Numbered from the whole stretch's first letter, positions 37,187-51,023 are shown. The stretch is DNA of 63,615 nucleotides, filler included, from Collodictyon triciliatum (GCA_043381765.1; 6 parts of 6 records of this genome joined end to end with filler, not necessarily neighbours in it); one strand, 5' to 3'. Translations and numbers: made by a program. Notes: generated from the letters alone by a model not told the origin.

Positions 37187-40100
37187 TTACTTTGGTTTTT
37201 TCCCAAGTATCGAACGGCGTCGTTCGTGACTAACAGCTTCCTCCTTCTTCGGGATATTCTCCTGAGCCGAATCGTCATTGAAATGCGTAATGCCTTTTGG
37301 TGACGTGTTGTGATGCATATTTCGATTTCTACCGCAAACAAAATGGAAGGAGGCTTGATTATATATTTGGTAACAAGGAAAATAACAAAGGGTCTTGGAT
37401 ACATATATTAGTTTTACAAAAACATATATGAAAGTTCAAATGTGGGGAGTTCAATGATTACGAAGGTGGTATCGAAGCCATTTCGTTGAGTTTCATTTTT
37501 AACACCCGATTTTCTGCCTCGAGACCTTGGGCCTTTTCGTTAACTTGTCGCAGCTTCTCTTCATATTCTAATGAAAATATAAAAGGAAACACGAACTGAG
37601 AGATACTATTCAAATTTCTATTTCTATTATGCAAACGATGGACAGCGAACCAAAGCCAACATCACCACCATGTTACATAAATTGAAAGAGAGAATAAAAA
37701 AAAAATATTACTTTTTTTTTTTTCATGAATTCCTATTAATCTTTGGTAGACATTTTCAAATTATGAATGCGAGGATAATCGATGAGTAATACGAAACCTT
37801 CTCGAATATCATTTCTAGACTTTTCAATATCTTCCTTTTCTTTCAGTGTTTTTGTAAACTTGTTTTCGGATATGCGCAGACGCTCCTCGGTGTCCAATAT
37901 TCGCATCGTCGTAATGCTAGATGGTATTTTATTGTGTGATTTGCTATAGAATTAAAGTACAGAAGATAAATGATCTCATACTCTGGTAAAATTAATAATA
38001 ATAATTGCATAGCCATTTTTTTAACATGAGTTTGCAAAATAGTAAAGATTCTGAACTATCAAGTGACCTTAATTCTTGCAATATATCTTTGCTCGCAGCA
38101 TTCTTTCCGAGAGATGATAGCTGAAGAACTTTGTTTTGCAATTCAACAACTTTTCCTTCTAAATCTTTGATTTTCCTCTGGAGTGCAATCTAAAAGTGTA
38201 GATACGCAAAGCAAGAACATATATGAGCGTGTGGTGCACATGTTTATTAATTTATCAACAATTGTTCTATTCTATTTGCCATCATGTATTATATTTATAG
38301 TGAGAAAAAAACCTTTTGTTTCTGGGACATGACGAGATCATTTTTTGTGCTTCCCGTCGCTTTTTCGTTGAGGTGAATATAATCTGTCGTTTAAGACGGC
38401 GAATACCGCGCGCATCATAAATAAGAAAAACAATAATATTAATCTTAAAGTTGGATTTGAATATGTATATACCTATGGGACTTGATGCTGGTATATGATG
38501 TTCAACAGGAGTGACTTGGTCTGTTAAGTCATATATTGATACAGATTAGCATATGTGATGTTGAACTAAAACCAAAACCAAAACCAAAACCAAAAAGATT
38601 GGATCAGAATAAAAGAAATGAAATCAACTCAAAAAGGAATATAAATAGAAATCGTTAATAAAGATCAATATGTAAATATATAGGTATAGTTTTTTTTAAT
38701 GGGAGTGGTGGAGCACCTTGTGTGTCATTTGCATCTGTACCCGCAGAACTAGCAGGTAGACTTGAGTCATCGCTTTTCTAGTTGAGGAAAAAAAAGGAAA
38801 GAAAAGTTGGCGGATTTAAATAAAAAGGTCCTTATCCAAATATGAAGATATATATCGACTATTTTTAAATACACGCCACGCAACTTTGAATCGAATAAAG
38901 GATTAAAATATTGAGTGTTGATTAACCTCAGGTACAGATGGAACCGAAATGCTCAGCGACGGAGAATGGTCTATCTTATTCTGAATTTTGAAGAATACAG
39001 AAAGTTATGAAAAACCACTGTTCAAACATTACAAACTGATGAACCGGAAACCAACTGTGTATACTTAAAAAAAACAAAAACAAAAAAAAAACATACTGGT
39101 ATACTGGCTACTTTCTTTATTGCCAGATTTAAGTACTCTTGCCATGAGACTTCAGAATCGCGATGCATTTGTTTCTCAATTGTACCTGGTTAGACGACAT
39201 AAAGGTTAATCTATCGCCAATCCATACGAGATATGGTAAGCATACATAAAACTCACCTTTGGCTCCAATAATTCTTCCGGTGAATTCCAAGTGACAATGT
39301 ACAGATAACTGGACTGCTGTTGGCTTCATGTGGCCATTTGCGTAGAGGGGAAAGGGGGGGGGGGGGTTTAAAAAAAAAGAAGTAAAACTATAAATGTAAT
39401 AAACTAAACTCAACAAATTCGAAAGAGGTATCTTTAACGAATATATTTGTATAAAGTAAAAGTACTGCTGCAATCGAAATGGATAAGTTAAAAAAATATA
39501 GAAATCAGCCCTCATACATGTTTCTCAGCAGCAACATTTGCAGACATCATAAAATGCTCGGCAAAAGGCACCCCACTCAGTATAGTGCGAATGTGTATCT
39601 CGTATTTCCTGTTGCACAGAAGTATAACAATGCGATTACATGTGCATGACCTCATGCTAATTATTGATAACATACGTGGAATGTATGAAATAATTGAAGA
39701 AATTAATGATAAAAATATAAAAGGAGACAAGTGCATTGTCGTTAGAATGAGCCTTCTTTCAATAACATACCCTTCACTTTTTGTTCTTTTGTGTTCCTGT
39801 TTTACAGAGGTGGTTGCTGCTCTGCCTATGTGATAATGGTCCGGAAACAAATGGCGATTAAATGAATGCGTTTATACACATAGTGTGCATAATACTAGAC
39901 CATAATATCAAACAGAAGAGGACTCGCTGGGCTGCCACAAGGTTTTTTTTATTGGAATGGATGATTTATAAATACCAAGTCCGAGAAACTTCTTTATGAT
40001 CTCTGGAGCATGAAAGGGAGTTTCAAATGTGACAATTCGGCAGTCATTCGCTTCCCAAGGGTGTATTTTAATCTCTAGAATGTACAAGTGTCACGTCCAA

Positions 40101-40305
40101 AAGCAAAAATTTGAAGTAGATAAATGACGGGCTTGAAAAGATTTCTGCACATCGTAAAACATGCCCACGTAAACACGTGCTTGTTTATACCTGAATGTCC
40201 GAGTGCCCGGTGGTATTCATCTCGAAACACGTCACATAGAACAAAACGATCCACTACCTCATCGAAAGGCAGGTCAAACATTTGCTTCAGAACAAGCTCC
40301 TTCAT
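37187..40305 (-). CDS. VASt/StARkin (LAM/Aster-like) lipid-transfer domain protein with C-terminal coiled coil, multi-exon
   Basis: Spliced N-terminus QMFDLPFDEVVDRF..YHRALGHS|EIKISPWEANDCRIVTFETPF..|TTSVKQEH|KYEIHIRTILSGVPFAEHFMM|VQLSVHCHLEFTGRIIGAK follows the VASt pattern (PW..R; VP(Y/F)xxxF). Then S/P-rich exons and the coiled coil LQRKIKDLEGKVVELQNKV. Both ends approximate. Confidence 0.7.
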
Positions 40306-40384
40306 TCTAGAGTTTGTGTGGGGGGTTTAAGTATTTGTTTTGTTTTGTTTTGTTTTGTTTTGTTTTGTTTTGTTTTGTTTTGTT

Positions 40385-41359
40385 NNNNNNNNNNNNNNNN
40401 NNNNNNNNNNNNNNNNNNNNNNNNNNNNNNNNNNNNNNNNNNNNNNNNNNNNNNNNNNNNNNNNNNNNNNNNNNNNNNNNNNNNNNNNNNNNNNNNNNNN
40501 NNNNNNNNNNNNNNNNNNNNNNNNNNNNNNNNNNNNNNNNNNNNNNNNNNNNNNNNNNNNNNNNNNNNNNNNNNNNNNNNNNNNNNNNNNNNNNNNNNNN
40601 NNNNNNNNNNNNNNNNNNNNNNNNNNNNNNNNNNNNNNNNNNNNNNNNNNNNNNNNNNNNNNNNNNNNNNNNNNNNNNNNNNNNNNNNNNNNNNNNNNNN
40701 NNNNNNNNNNNNNNNNNNNNNNNNNNNNNNNNNNNNNNNNGATTGGGATCCTCTCCAAACACATTGCAGTTGTGTGCCTCGTTTGAATCAGTCCCAATCA
40801 TCAAAACATGAACCACAGTATAAATATCCGAAGCTTCCAACCCAAGTTATTTTTGACAGCTTTCNNNNNNNNNNNNNNNNNNNNNNNNNNNNNNNNNNNN
40901 NNNNNNNNNNNNNNNNNNNNNNNNNNNNNNNNNNNNNNNNNNNNNNNNNNNNNNNNNNNNNNNNNNNNNNNNNNNNNNNNNNNNNNNNNNNNNNNNNNNN
41001 NNNNNNNNNNNNNNNNNNNNNNNNNNNNNNNNNNNNNNNNNNNNNNNNNNNNNNNNNNNNNNNNNNNNNNNNNNNNNNNNNNNNNNNNNNNNNNNNNNNN
41101 NNNNNNNNNNNNNNNNNNNNNNNNNNNNNNNNNNNNNNNNNNNNNNNNNNNNNNNNNNNNNNNNNNNNNNNNNNNNNNNNNNNNNNNNNNNNNNNNNNNN
41201 NNNNNNNNNNNNNNNNNNNNNNNNNNNNNNNNNNNNNNNNNNNNNNNNNNNNNNNNNNNNNNNNNNNNNNNNNNNNNNNNNNNNNNNNNNNNNNNNNNNN
41301 NNNNNNNNNNNNNNNNNNNNNNNNNNNNNNNNNNNNNNNNNNNNNNNNNNNNNNNNNNN
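40385..41359. other. Scaffold gaps (40385-40740, 40865-41359) around a 124-nt island
   Basis: N runs with no linker motif. Confidence 0.98.
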
Positions 41360-41444
41360 TTTCCTTCATCACAAGAGGAGAACCCGCCACAAAAGAGAGA
41401 GAGAGAGAGAAAAGACCTTCGACAAGCAGCACCGCAGCAAACCA

Positions 41445-42614
41445 ATGAACTACGAAAGCACGCCCCCACTCGGCCGCTTGGACGAATCAACCCGCGCCGC
41501 GCGGAACGGGCCGTTCGGACTCTGCCGACAAAGCCAATGGACCAACGGATACTACTACTTTGTCAACTTCTGCGCAGGGGCCTTTGTGATGGCGTACGTC
41601 ATATCCTTCTCCCTGGAAGACTGGACCGTCTTCCAAGTGGACTGCCCAGCATCAAACACAACGTCGGCCGCACATGGGATTCCGGAGGCGGTCTTTGCAG
41701 GAAACAGCTCGGCCGGCCGAATGACGTACCACTTCGACCTGTGGAAGGTCCGTGTGTCCGGCTGCTGCTGCGGCGGCGCGTCTTCAGCCGAGGCGTCTGC
41801 GGATTCGTGCTGTGCAGATTGCGGGCTGGATGAGTCTTATGGCGGATGCGACGATGAGTACTGCGGGTCTGCCTTGTCGGTCGGCGTTGCAGTGACGCTC
41901 TTCTCGCTGATGATTGTGATTATCGGCGTGATCAACATCGGGCTCCAAACCATGGGCCACCGTCTGCCATACCCCAAGGAGCGCGTCCACTACTGCATCG
42001 TGGCCCTGTGGGCTTTCGTCAGCCTTCTCTCTCTCCTCTGCTATATTCCCTGGATGGCCGGCCCCCACGAGGACATGAAGTCCCACATCGCAGAGTGCTC
42101 TAGCATTCACTACGAGGAAGAGGACGGCTCGTACCGCATCTCGTTTCTGGCCTTTTTTCTCTCCATGGGCCTTGCTGTCCTTTCGGCCTTCAGGGACAAG
42201 GACGTTCGCGTGGGCTATGTCGATATCGAGGAGGAAATCAGGAAGGAGCTGGATGCCAGGTCTGTCTCAGCCTTCTGTGGTGGATGTTTCGTGGCTTTGG
42301 CCACCGTATATGAAAAGGAAATGATTCAAGTTTCCCCCTATTGTGTGTGTGTCTTTATATATATTTTTTTTTGGTATTGTTTTTTGCTTTTTATGTTATC
42401 AATAGTCATTTTTTTCTCTCAATGTATCTATTTTACTTATCGGTTTTTTTTTGTTTCTTTTACAATTTGTGGACAAAATTTACTATATTTGTTATTGGAT
42501 ACGATATTGTGTCGTTTGGTCATCATGTGATTGTTGCATAGTGACATGGACATACCGCTGGAGAACATTGCTACGGAAGGTCCATCGTATCAGTCACTCG
42601 GGGATGAAAAATGA
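41445..42614 (+). CDS. Four-TM claudin/PMP22/amastin-like membrane protein with Cys-rich first loop, 2 exons (41445-42259, 42542-42614)
   Basis: TM1 followed by W, then FDLW (GLW-like) and CCC/CC..C..C..C, three further TMs. AG|GT donor at 42260 splices to SDMDIPLENIATEGPSYQSLGDEK*. Confidence 0.65.
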
Positions 42615-43247
42615 GCATCATCGTAGAAAAACCAAGAAAGTTTTTGGCAATCATTTCCTTTGCTTTCTTTTCTTTCCTCTTCTTTATCCTGAAGAGGCTT
42701 GTGGCAACCCGTTGCCCTTCACATCTCAAACTCCTTATTACAGTCTCGCTTTTTTTTTCTTCCTTTTTTTAACATTCAATTTTTAAAGATTCCTTCTATT
42801 CCTCAATAAATCTTCGTTTGCCATGATTACATGCCACAAAATAAATGATACCATCCCTAGAGCTACATTAATTGCTTTACTTGCCTAATTTTTCAATCAT
42901 TCGGTCTTGTTATATATTCATCTCCGAGAATATTTTTTTGAAAAAAAGTAATTGATTATCATAGGATTGGAAGCTTGTTATTCTAGAGTGAATGATACCG
43001 AGTGATGAGAAAAAAAAAACATAGTAAATAAATTAGGCATGTAATCTGATGTTGCATATCATCGATGTACTTTCTGTCCACGATTTCCACTAAAAGATAC
43101 GAGACACAATTGAAGTCAAGAAAGAAAGACAAAGTAAGGAAACAAAGTTGATCGTGTTCCAACACGGGGCGCAGTTTGGGATTGAATAATTTTTTTTTAA
43201 TAATGAGGTAGATGACACAAAGAAGACATACTGAGCCACATCTCTCA

Positions 43248-46200
43248 TCAAGTGGTGCTGCTTCTAGTAGAGGTCACCTGTTTGTAACACGCATCACAGA
43301 CACGAGCTGGTCCATCTTTCATGGGTATTCTTTTAGTGGAGCAGACCCCACACACAACTTCTCCACAACGTCGACAATGATGCTTTCGATTATTTAATTT
43401 TTTTTAAAAAAAAATGATGAAAACAAAATGTAGGCAATAATAGAGGCTCATATAAAGCTCTAATGGTAGTCATAAAATAGCACAAAAAGAAAGTTTTGTC
43501 AAAAAAATGCCACTGGAAGTGACTAAATAGATATTAAAACGATATTTAATTTAACTCGATAATGTTATAATTGTGTCAATGCTTCTGCCATATACTTTAT
43601 GTACAGTATCAGTTAAAGGCTATACATACCCTCCGAAAGGTTAGAGAAAATGTTTTTGAACAGAAACTACACATGTTCGTCGTGCTATCAGGTTTCCATA
43701 CGGGAGCATAAAATGAATCTACGTTTGTATGTTCTTAGTATTAATAAACAAATTCATTTCTATAATAAGGCTGCAAGGTCAAATGGATTGAAGTAAACTT
43801 GGAAGAATACCATCTTTGGATTTGTAGTCTTGGAGTTTATGAAGGGTCTCCTTGAACGCCTGAATCCACTCGTCCTTTTCGCTCTGGTCGTGTGCCAAAG
43901 CAACAAATGACTTTTTCGGATGTTTGATTGCAAACCCAAGTGGCTCTATTATTTATGTATTTACCCTTTTTTTTAAAAAAATAAATAAAATAAACAGTGA
44001 GAAATTATGTGTAATACCATGTTTTATCATAAGTTAAAATGAAAGATGAATGGTAGCTAAAACTTGGCTTATCATAGGAGCATAATATTTTAACCTTTCA
44101 ATGAATATATATGAATCACTTATAAATATTGCAATTATGTAAACAGAGGAAACCATTCGCGGTAGATTCCTCGAATTTGATGTCGATAAGATCCATGGAC
44201 GTGTTCAATACAATTGACGATTCTGACTTTATTATGCAGTCCAAGAAGAGATCGTTGAAGAGTATGAAGAATCTCTTTTTCTTTTGCTTTCGACCGACTT
44301 TCAAAAGACCACCACTTTTTACAAATTTTCTGTGTGGCTTAACAAGCTAAAATATTGAAAGTAATACGTAAATAATAGAAATCGTGTGAGTGAAGATAAG
44401 ATAGAAATATACAAACTTGAATAGGGGATGAAAAGTGGTTTTGAATATCGATAATTGCGTCTCGACGCTCCTGTTCTCTGATGCCCTCATTTATCCGGTG
44501 TGCTACATCCTTCACTGCGTCCAAAGTCTATTAATGATGAATCCTTAACGTGTGAAGACTATTAATTGAAATTCAATTTCGAGAACGATGAAGAAAATGC
44601 ATCATGTACTTGTTTAATTCCTTTGTGGTCCAAGTGGCTTTCTGGTGTGTGCTTCAAGAAATCCTTGATTTTTTTTTTAATTGCATGGGCTGGTTAAAAC
44701 TTGTTTGCTTCATAAAATTGATAGTTTGACGAATTTTTAACTTTATGAAAATAAATCTGAAGCAATTGGAGCGAATAAATGAATTATGCTTCCATGATTA
44801 CTTGAAGTAGAAGGGTGTATCTCGGAATGCGCTGGACTGGCATTATCAAGAATGATTGAAGATTCAACCCACGAGACTCAGGCCTTGATTGTGTTCTCTG
44901 CGGGGGAAGGGAGAGGAGGTTTTGTTGTCATCGCTGTTATTGTTGTTTTGTTTTTGTTTTTGTTCTTGTTTTTGTTGTTTTGTTTTTGTTCTTGTTTTTG
45001 TTGTTTTGTTTTGTTTTGTTTTAATTAAATAAGAAATATTCCCACAACGCCAATTTTGACTATTTCTCACATCACTGTTTTCAGATAATCTAATAATTAA
45101 TACCTCAAGTATTTGAGAAAAGCGCGCGTTTGACCTTTGAAGATCAGCTACTCTCTTGCTGGCCTCGTCAAAAGATGAGCAGTAGACCATATACATTCGA
45201 AAGAATGGAATCTACAGGTGGCATAACAGTCATATATACAACAAGATAACGCACTCAATCCATTTTTTTCATTTCATGTCAGATTAGAAAATATTGCTTA
45301 GATATGATTATTAAAATTATCATCGCATGCGTTATATGCCATATTTTTTCGATACATTGTAAAACAGAAGGGGTATCTAACTCTAACCATAAGACAGAGC
45401 TCATCGCCAATAGTGGAGAATTTGTTCCATGCTTTAATTTTGATATGAAGATTCCTCAGCAAGATTTTGTTCGTATTGTATATCTCCAGCATACACGAGA
45501 ATAGTTTGGGAACTTCCTTATGAAGAGTAGAATCATCCATCAAAGGTTTTCGATATGCCTATGTGTCACAATTGGTCGGTGCGTACGCATGACCATCACA
45601 ATAATTAAGCTACGGTTTAGATAATTATTAAACATTCGACATGAAGTACGTAATTATTTATTTATGATTGATCCCTCATGAGTTTGCACTAGGTGCCTTT
45701 CTTTTCCCAAGTGTTTGTATCGCTTACGTTGAGAACCATGTTTAGATTCTGTACATATGATTGTTCGGTGGTAAATATTTCTCTTGCAATTTTGTCCCTG
45801 GTGTCTTTGAATCTATGTTCCTCAGGAAGGAATGAGAAAATATTTGGGAGTTCTGATTCGTCAACCTCTGCAGACAATTCTAATGACATCAAGAAAAAGA
45901 AATCTTTATAATCTTAACAATTTTTTTACATGTTGGAATGTATAAATATTATGATGAATCACATGTTTATTATTATTTAAATCTATTAATATGTTCCGAT
46001 GAAAATGAAACAAAAAACATGATTTGAATCGCCGAAAACAAACTTGATAGGTCTCCCTGCATGAGTAAAGTACGATTAAGTGTATATTATATTAAAATGA
46101 ACCATTGCATGTGTAAATGAAGGCACACGATTTAAATAGTACGCAAATTGTCTCTGATGACGAATGGATAATCGTTGAGTGAGGGAAATATAATTCTGTC

Positions 46201-47026
46201 ACAAAGCTAAATCATATAATGAAGCTCAATTTTTACCCCTGTGGTTGGTATATTGCTTGCTCGTGATGGGAGTTTGATTCCAGAAGTTGGTCGAAGCGGC
46301 GAAGAGTTTCCTGATGAGTTAGCAGTTAAAGAACTCGAGGGGCCTTTGCTCACAGGGAAGCTCTATTGAGATACTTAGATTTAACAGCGTATATAAAATA
46401 CAACAACGATAAGGGAATATATAAATAAAATTGTCGACATATCATCATATATCTGTATGATGCTAATTCTTACAGCGGATGTACCCAGTTCGATGGAGTG
46501 AGATAGGCCACTATTTCATTTGATTATTTTTTACTCTTAATTCAATAAACAATTATTATTAATGGGCTAAGCTTGTAGAGAAATGTAATTTAAAAAATGG
46601 TCAATCTGGCAAGGAAAGTAATAATGAGGTATATGTTCAGGTTATATTTCAATTATTTCTTCTATTTTAAAATAATAATAGTGAAATCATGAAAATAGAA
46701 TAAAAGTCATCGAGGCTTGAATGGAAATTAGAAGTCGGCTACACTTTTCAAATCATTTTGTATCATCCATCTTAAAAACAACTACTCATGAATGCAAGGC
46801 AAGTAATGTTGTTGTTTTTTTTCTGGGTTAATCGGATATACTTATTTATATGCAAGGCTTTCATGAGTCGACTTTAACGAGTCAAGTCGTATTCTTACTA
46901 TAATGACCCTGTGTCTTCATGAAAATCCAGGATGTGCTCGCATCGAATGCAGAGGGGTGACTTGCGATATTTGTGGGCCTGGAAGCCCGCACAGTCGCAC
47001 CCATCCATGCGACATTTCGAAGACAT
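43248..47026 (-). CDS. FGD/frabin-like RhoGEF (N-terminal Cys/His motif, DH, PH, FYVE), multi-exon
   Basis: DH: RDKIAREIFTTEQSYVQNL, IPFFRMYMVYC, LQSFLIMPVQRIPRYTLLL, DFLKHTPESHLD. PH: RFFILFNDL, EKDEWIQAF. FYVE: APVWKPD..CSFCSKTFSLTFRR|KHHCRRCGEVVCGVCS..RVCDACY. Confidence 0.92.
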
Positions 47027-47246
47027 CTTGTGCTCAGATTTGCGGTCCTGATTCGATTGTACATCGAGTTGTTTTAGTCCTGTCTTTTCTATTTTTGTTT
47101 TTTGTTTTTGTATTTTCTATTTTTCTTTTTTCTTTTAATCATTTTCCTTTTTTTTCTTTTTTTCTTTTTCTTTTTTCTTTTTTCTTTTTTCTTTTTTCTT
47201 TTTTCTTTTTTCTTTTTTCTTTTTTCTTTTTTCTTTTTTCTTTTTT

Positions 47247-47346
47247 NNNNNNNNNNNNNNNNNNNNNNNNNNNNNNNNNNNNNNNNNNNNTTAATTAATT
47301 AANNNNNNNNNNNNNNNNNNNNNNNNNNNNNNNNNNNNNNNNNNNN
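47247..47346. other. Artificial contig linker flanked by T-rich and (AAAAAAC)n repeats
   Basis: 44N-TTAATTAATTAA-44N. Confidence 0.99.
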
Positions 47347-47495
47347 AAAACAAAAAACAAAAAACAAAAAACAAAAAACAAAAAACAAAAAACAAAAAAC
47401 AAAAAACAAAAAACAAAAAACAAAAAACAAAAAACAAAAATCAAAGGAAAAATAAAGAAAACCCAAAGAATGTTTTGAATGTTGTATTTGGAATC

Positions 47496-50400
47496 ATGGA
47501 CAGCTACAAAGATCACAGGATGCCTGACAGACACCTCGTCGATGGGCGCTGGACTATCCCCGACGAATATAACTACGCCTTCGACGTTTTTGACAAGCAA
47601 GCTGAGAGGTTAGTTGGCCACCATATCCCACACACTGCCAAAAAAAGAAAAAAAGAAAAAAAGAAGAGAAGAAAGAGAAAAAGCTTTAAAGGTGCTGGGG
47701 CTGACACCAAAACGTCCAGGTATCCCCACAAAACAGCGCTGCTGACAATATCCAGCGATGGACTTACTTCCGCGCAACACAGCTTCGATGAGCTCCGGAC
47801 CCTTTCCATGAAACTGTCGCTGTCTCTTTGTAGCATGGGCCTCGCAAAAGGAGAAAAGGCAATTCTGCTGATGGGCCAAGTTCCAGAATGGTAGCTCTGT
47901 CCATAATCACCATGCTTTTGGCGATGCAAAGATTATCAAAGATAATCATACATGACATATTCTTTCTCTCGCAAAAAGAAAGAAAAATAGACCATCCCGT
48001 TGCACCCCCGTCCATTTGCTTTTTCTTCATGTTTTCTGAAATGCAAGCGCCATCTCTAACCAACCAGGTACATCTCCTCTCTGGCGTTGATGCGGGCAGG
48101 GTTGATATCCATCCCAACCACCACGCTCAATACAAAAAATGACCTTGCATATCGCTGCCAAATATCTGAGGCATCTATTATTTTTGCGGCTTATGACCAG
48201 GTTTGTCACCACATGTTAGTCACATTAATAAACCCGGTTTCATTCAAACCTTTTTAGATCCCAATTTTCCGCACTGCATTAGATTCAAAAGCTAAGCCTC
48301 GTACATTCACGCTCTCTCTTGAACTCATAACACTACAAAAATGCTTCTCAACAATATATAATTAGGTCCCCAAAGTTGCTGAGACAGTTGCCGAGTGTCC
48401 CCAGATCAGGCACATAGTGGTTATAGGCCCGGGTTTGCTTCCACGCAGTTCTTCACATGTTTCGTGGCATTCAATCTCGGTATATCAGCGATGATACCTT
48501 TACCCCAATTACTTGAGCACCTTTACAACAGATACGACGAGTTGTTAATCTTCCTTTGGATAGATAGTTACACAGACATATTTGGGAAATCGAAAAATCA
48601 TTCACATGCAACCAAAAACAATTATTTCTGTAATCGATTAAACAGACTCTGATTGCCGAAGCTCGAGCTAGCGTTGTAACCCCATACGATTTGCATGGTA
48701 AGACCAAGAGCAACGACCCGCTGCTGATATTTTTCACAAGTGGAACAACTGGAAAGCCAAAAATGGTTTTGCATTTGCACAAGTGGGCCATTTTTTCTGT
48801 CAGTTTCAGTATTTTGATTTAGATATGTTCACAATCATAAACCTGATTCCGAAATTTCGAAACACAATAATTGTAGATACCCCATCGGCCATGAAGTTAC
48901 TGTCAAGTATTACGATTTACGAGTGAATGATGTACACTGGACTCTTTCAGATCCGGGCTGGGCAAAGACTTACTATGGCAAATGTTTCTAATCCATTCCA
49001 CCCCACAGTTACCATAAACTTTGTGAGTGATAAACCACACGTTCATTGTTTTTTTTTTTATTCAGTCATAGGCCAGTGGATGATTCCTTGCACTATTGTC
49101 CAGCATGACCACCAAGGCAAGTTTGAGCCGAAGCTTGTCTTAGATATCATAACCAAGTATAAAGTAAGGAAACTTTTGTTTAAGCCTGATGAGAGGAAGA
49201 AAAAAATGCCCTAGCTCCGTCGTTTGCTTATCGTTGATTTTAATTGAGATTACGTCATTCTGNNNNNNNNNNNNNNNNNNNNNNNNNNNNNNNNNNNNNN
49301 NNNNNNNNNNNNNNNNNNNNNNNNNNNNNNNNNNNNNNNNNNNNNNNNNNNNNNNNNNNNNNNNNNNNNNNNNNNNNNNNNNNNNNNNNNNNNNNNNNNN
49401 NNNNNNNNNNNNNNNNNNNNNNNNNNNNNNNNNNNNNNNNNNNNNNNNNNNNNNNNNNNNNNNNNNNNNNNNNNNNNNNNNNNNNNNNNNNNNNNNNNNN
49501 NNNNNNNNNNNNNNNNNNNNNNNNNNNNNNNNNNNNNNNNNNNNNNNNNNNNNNNNNNNNNNTTTTTTTTTTTTTTTTTTTTTTGTTGTCCTGTATATTG
49601 CACATCAGGTCATCACAACATGGTTTGAAAAGACTGGATGTCTGATTCGTGAGTATTATGCCCAAAGCGAAACCACCATACTTGTTGGAAATGGGCCCCG
49701 TGAGAAATTAAAGGAAGGAAGCATGGGAAAGCCGGCCCCTGGTCAGAAGATTTGTATAGTGGATGATGAGGTAGAAATCATATAACGCGTTGATTTTCCT
49801 GACATAATGAGTTTGGTTCACATCTGGAGGTGAAAGCCGAAACATCGTATACCCTGTTTTTTCGAAGTGGTTAAAGAGGCCTTTCTTGTTTGAATGTCAC
49901 AAAATATATCGACTTTGCCCAGGGGAATGAAGTGCCGCGAAACACACCCGGGCACATTGCTATTTCGGTCGACCCTCGTCCACCGGGCTTGTTTGTTGAG
50001 TACTGGAAAGACCCTGAGAATACTGCGAATGTATTCCATCACGGGTGGTACTTTACGTTGGTACGATTATTATCATGATTCAAGGACAATGTCACTGCGA
50101 ACAATATTGAAATTTACTGTAGTTCGTAAATTCATCTCACCATCAATTATCTTTAATCTCGCCTTTCTTAATCTTTGGATTTATGATCCAGGACAAGGCG
50201 TATGAAGGTTTTTCTTTTTCCGCTAGTCTATACCAGAACAAATGTTATATCTGCTAATAAATCAACTGCATTTGATTGCATCAGCACACTAATATTGTCT
50301 GCCGTATCTAAAGTTAACGTGATTCATTTACTACTTAATCGCACATCCAGATGATGATGGCTACTTCTGGTATGTTGGCAGGGCAGACGATGTCATCAAA

Positions 50401-51023
50401 TCAGGGGCGTACCGAATCGGTCCTTTTGAAATCGAATCTGCACTTCTGGAACACCCCAGCGTCAAAGAATCTGCTGTCATTGGAATCCCCGATGAGGTAC
50501 GCTTGTGTGTGCCATATTCTGCCAACCAACCAAGAGATGTGTAAACCAGCTGTTGGCAGTTTGGCAGCTAAAATCCTGTCCAAAATCAGGAGCGCGGCCA
50601 GATTGTTAAGGCCTTTGTCATTCTGCTTCCTGGTTTCGTGGCATCCAAGCAGCTTGCGACGGAATTGCAGGTAAGGGGCATGAAAAAAAAATACAGAAAT
50701 ATCAAGTCTGACTTGCCGAAAAGTTGAGGAAAAAGCGGCCCAAGAAACACAACTGGTCAGCTGGCAAACATAACGAACTTTTCTTCAAGGCGAAATGAAC
50801 ACCTGACTTTCCCTGAGCTTGGGAACGTGTTTGTGAGGTCTAAAATTACACCACACACCTGTTATCTATCCAGGAGCATGTCAAGAAGACAACGGCGCCA
50901 TACAAGTACCCCCGGCTGATTGAGTTTGTAGACGAGCTTCCAAAGACAATCTCTGGCAAAATCCAACGCGCCCAGCTCCGACTCCGAGAGGCGCAGAAGG
51001 CCAAGGCAAGAAGCAAGCTCTGA
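47496..51023 (+). CDS. Medium-chain acyl-CoA synthetase (ACSM-like AMP-binding enzyme) with C-terminal SKL; one exon lost in gap 49263-49562
   Basis: [110 protein letters not shown]. Confidence 0.95.

Noticed and set aside
40282-41833. Long ORFs containing X runs (also 49189-49785 and 56142-57114)
   Set aside because: Artefacts of reading through N gaps.
42260-42530. Extra hydrophobic C-terminus of the 361-aa ORF
   Set aside because: T-rich read-through of an intron; a GT donor at 42260 and a coherent last exon explain it better.
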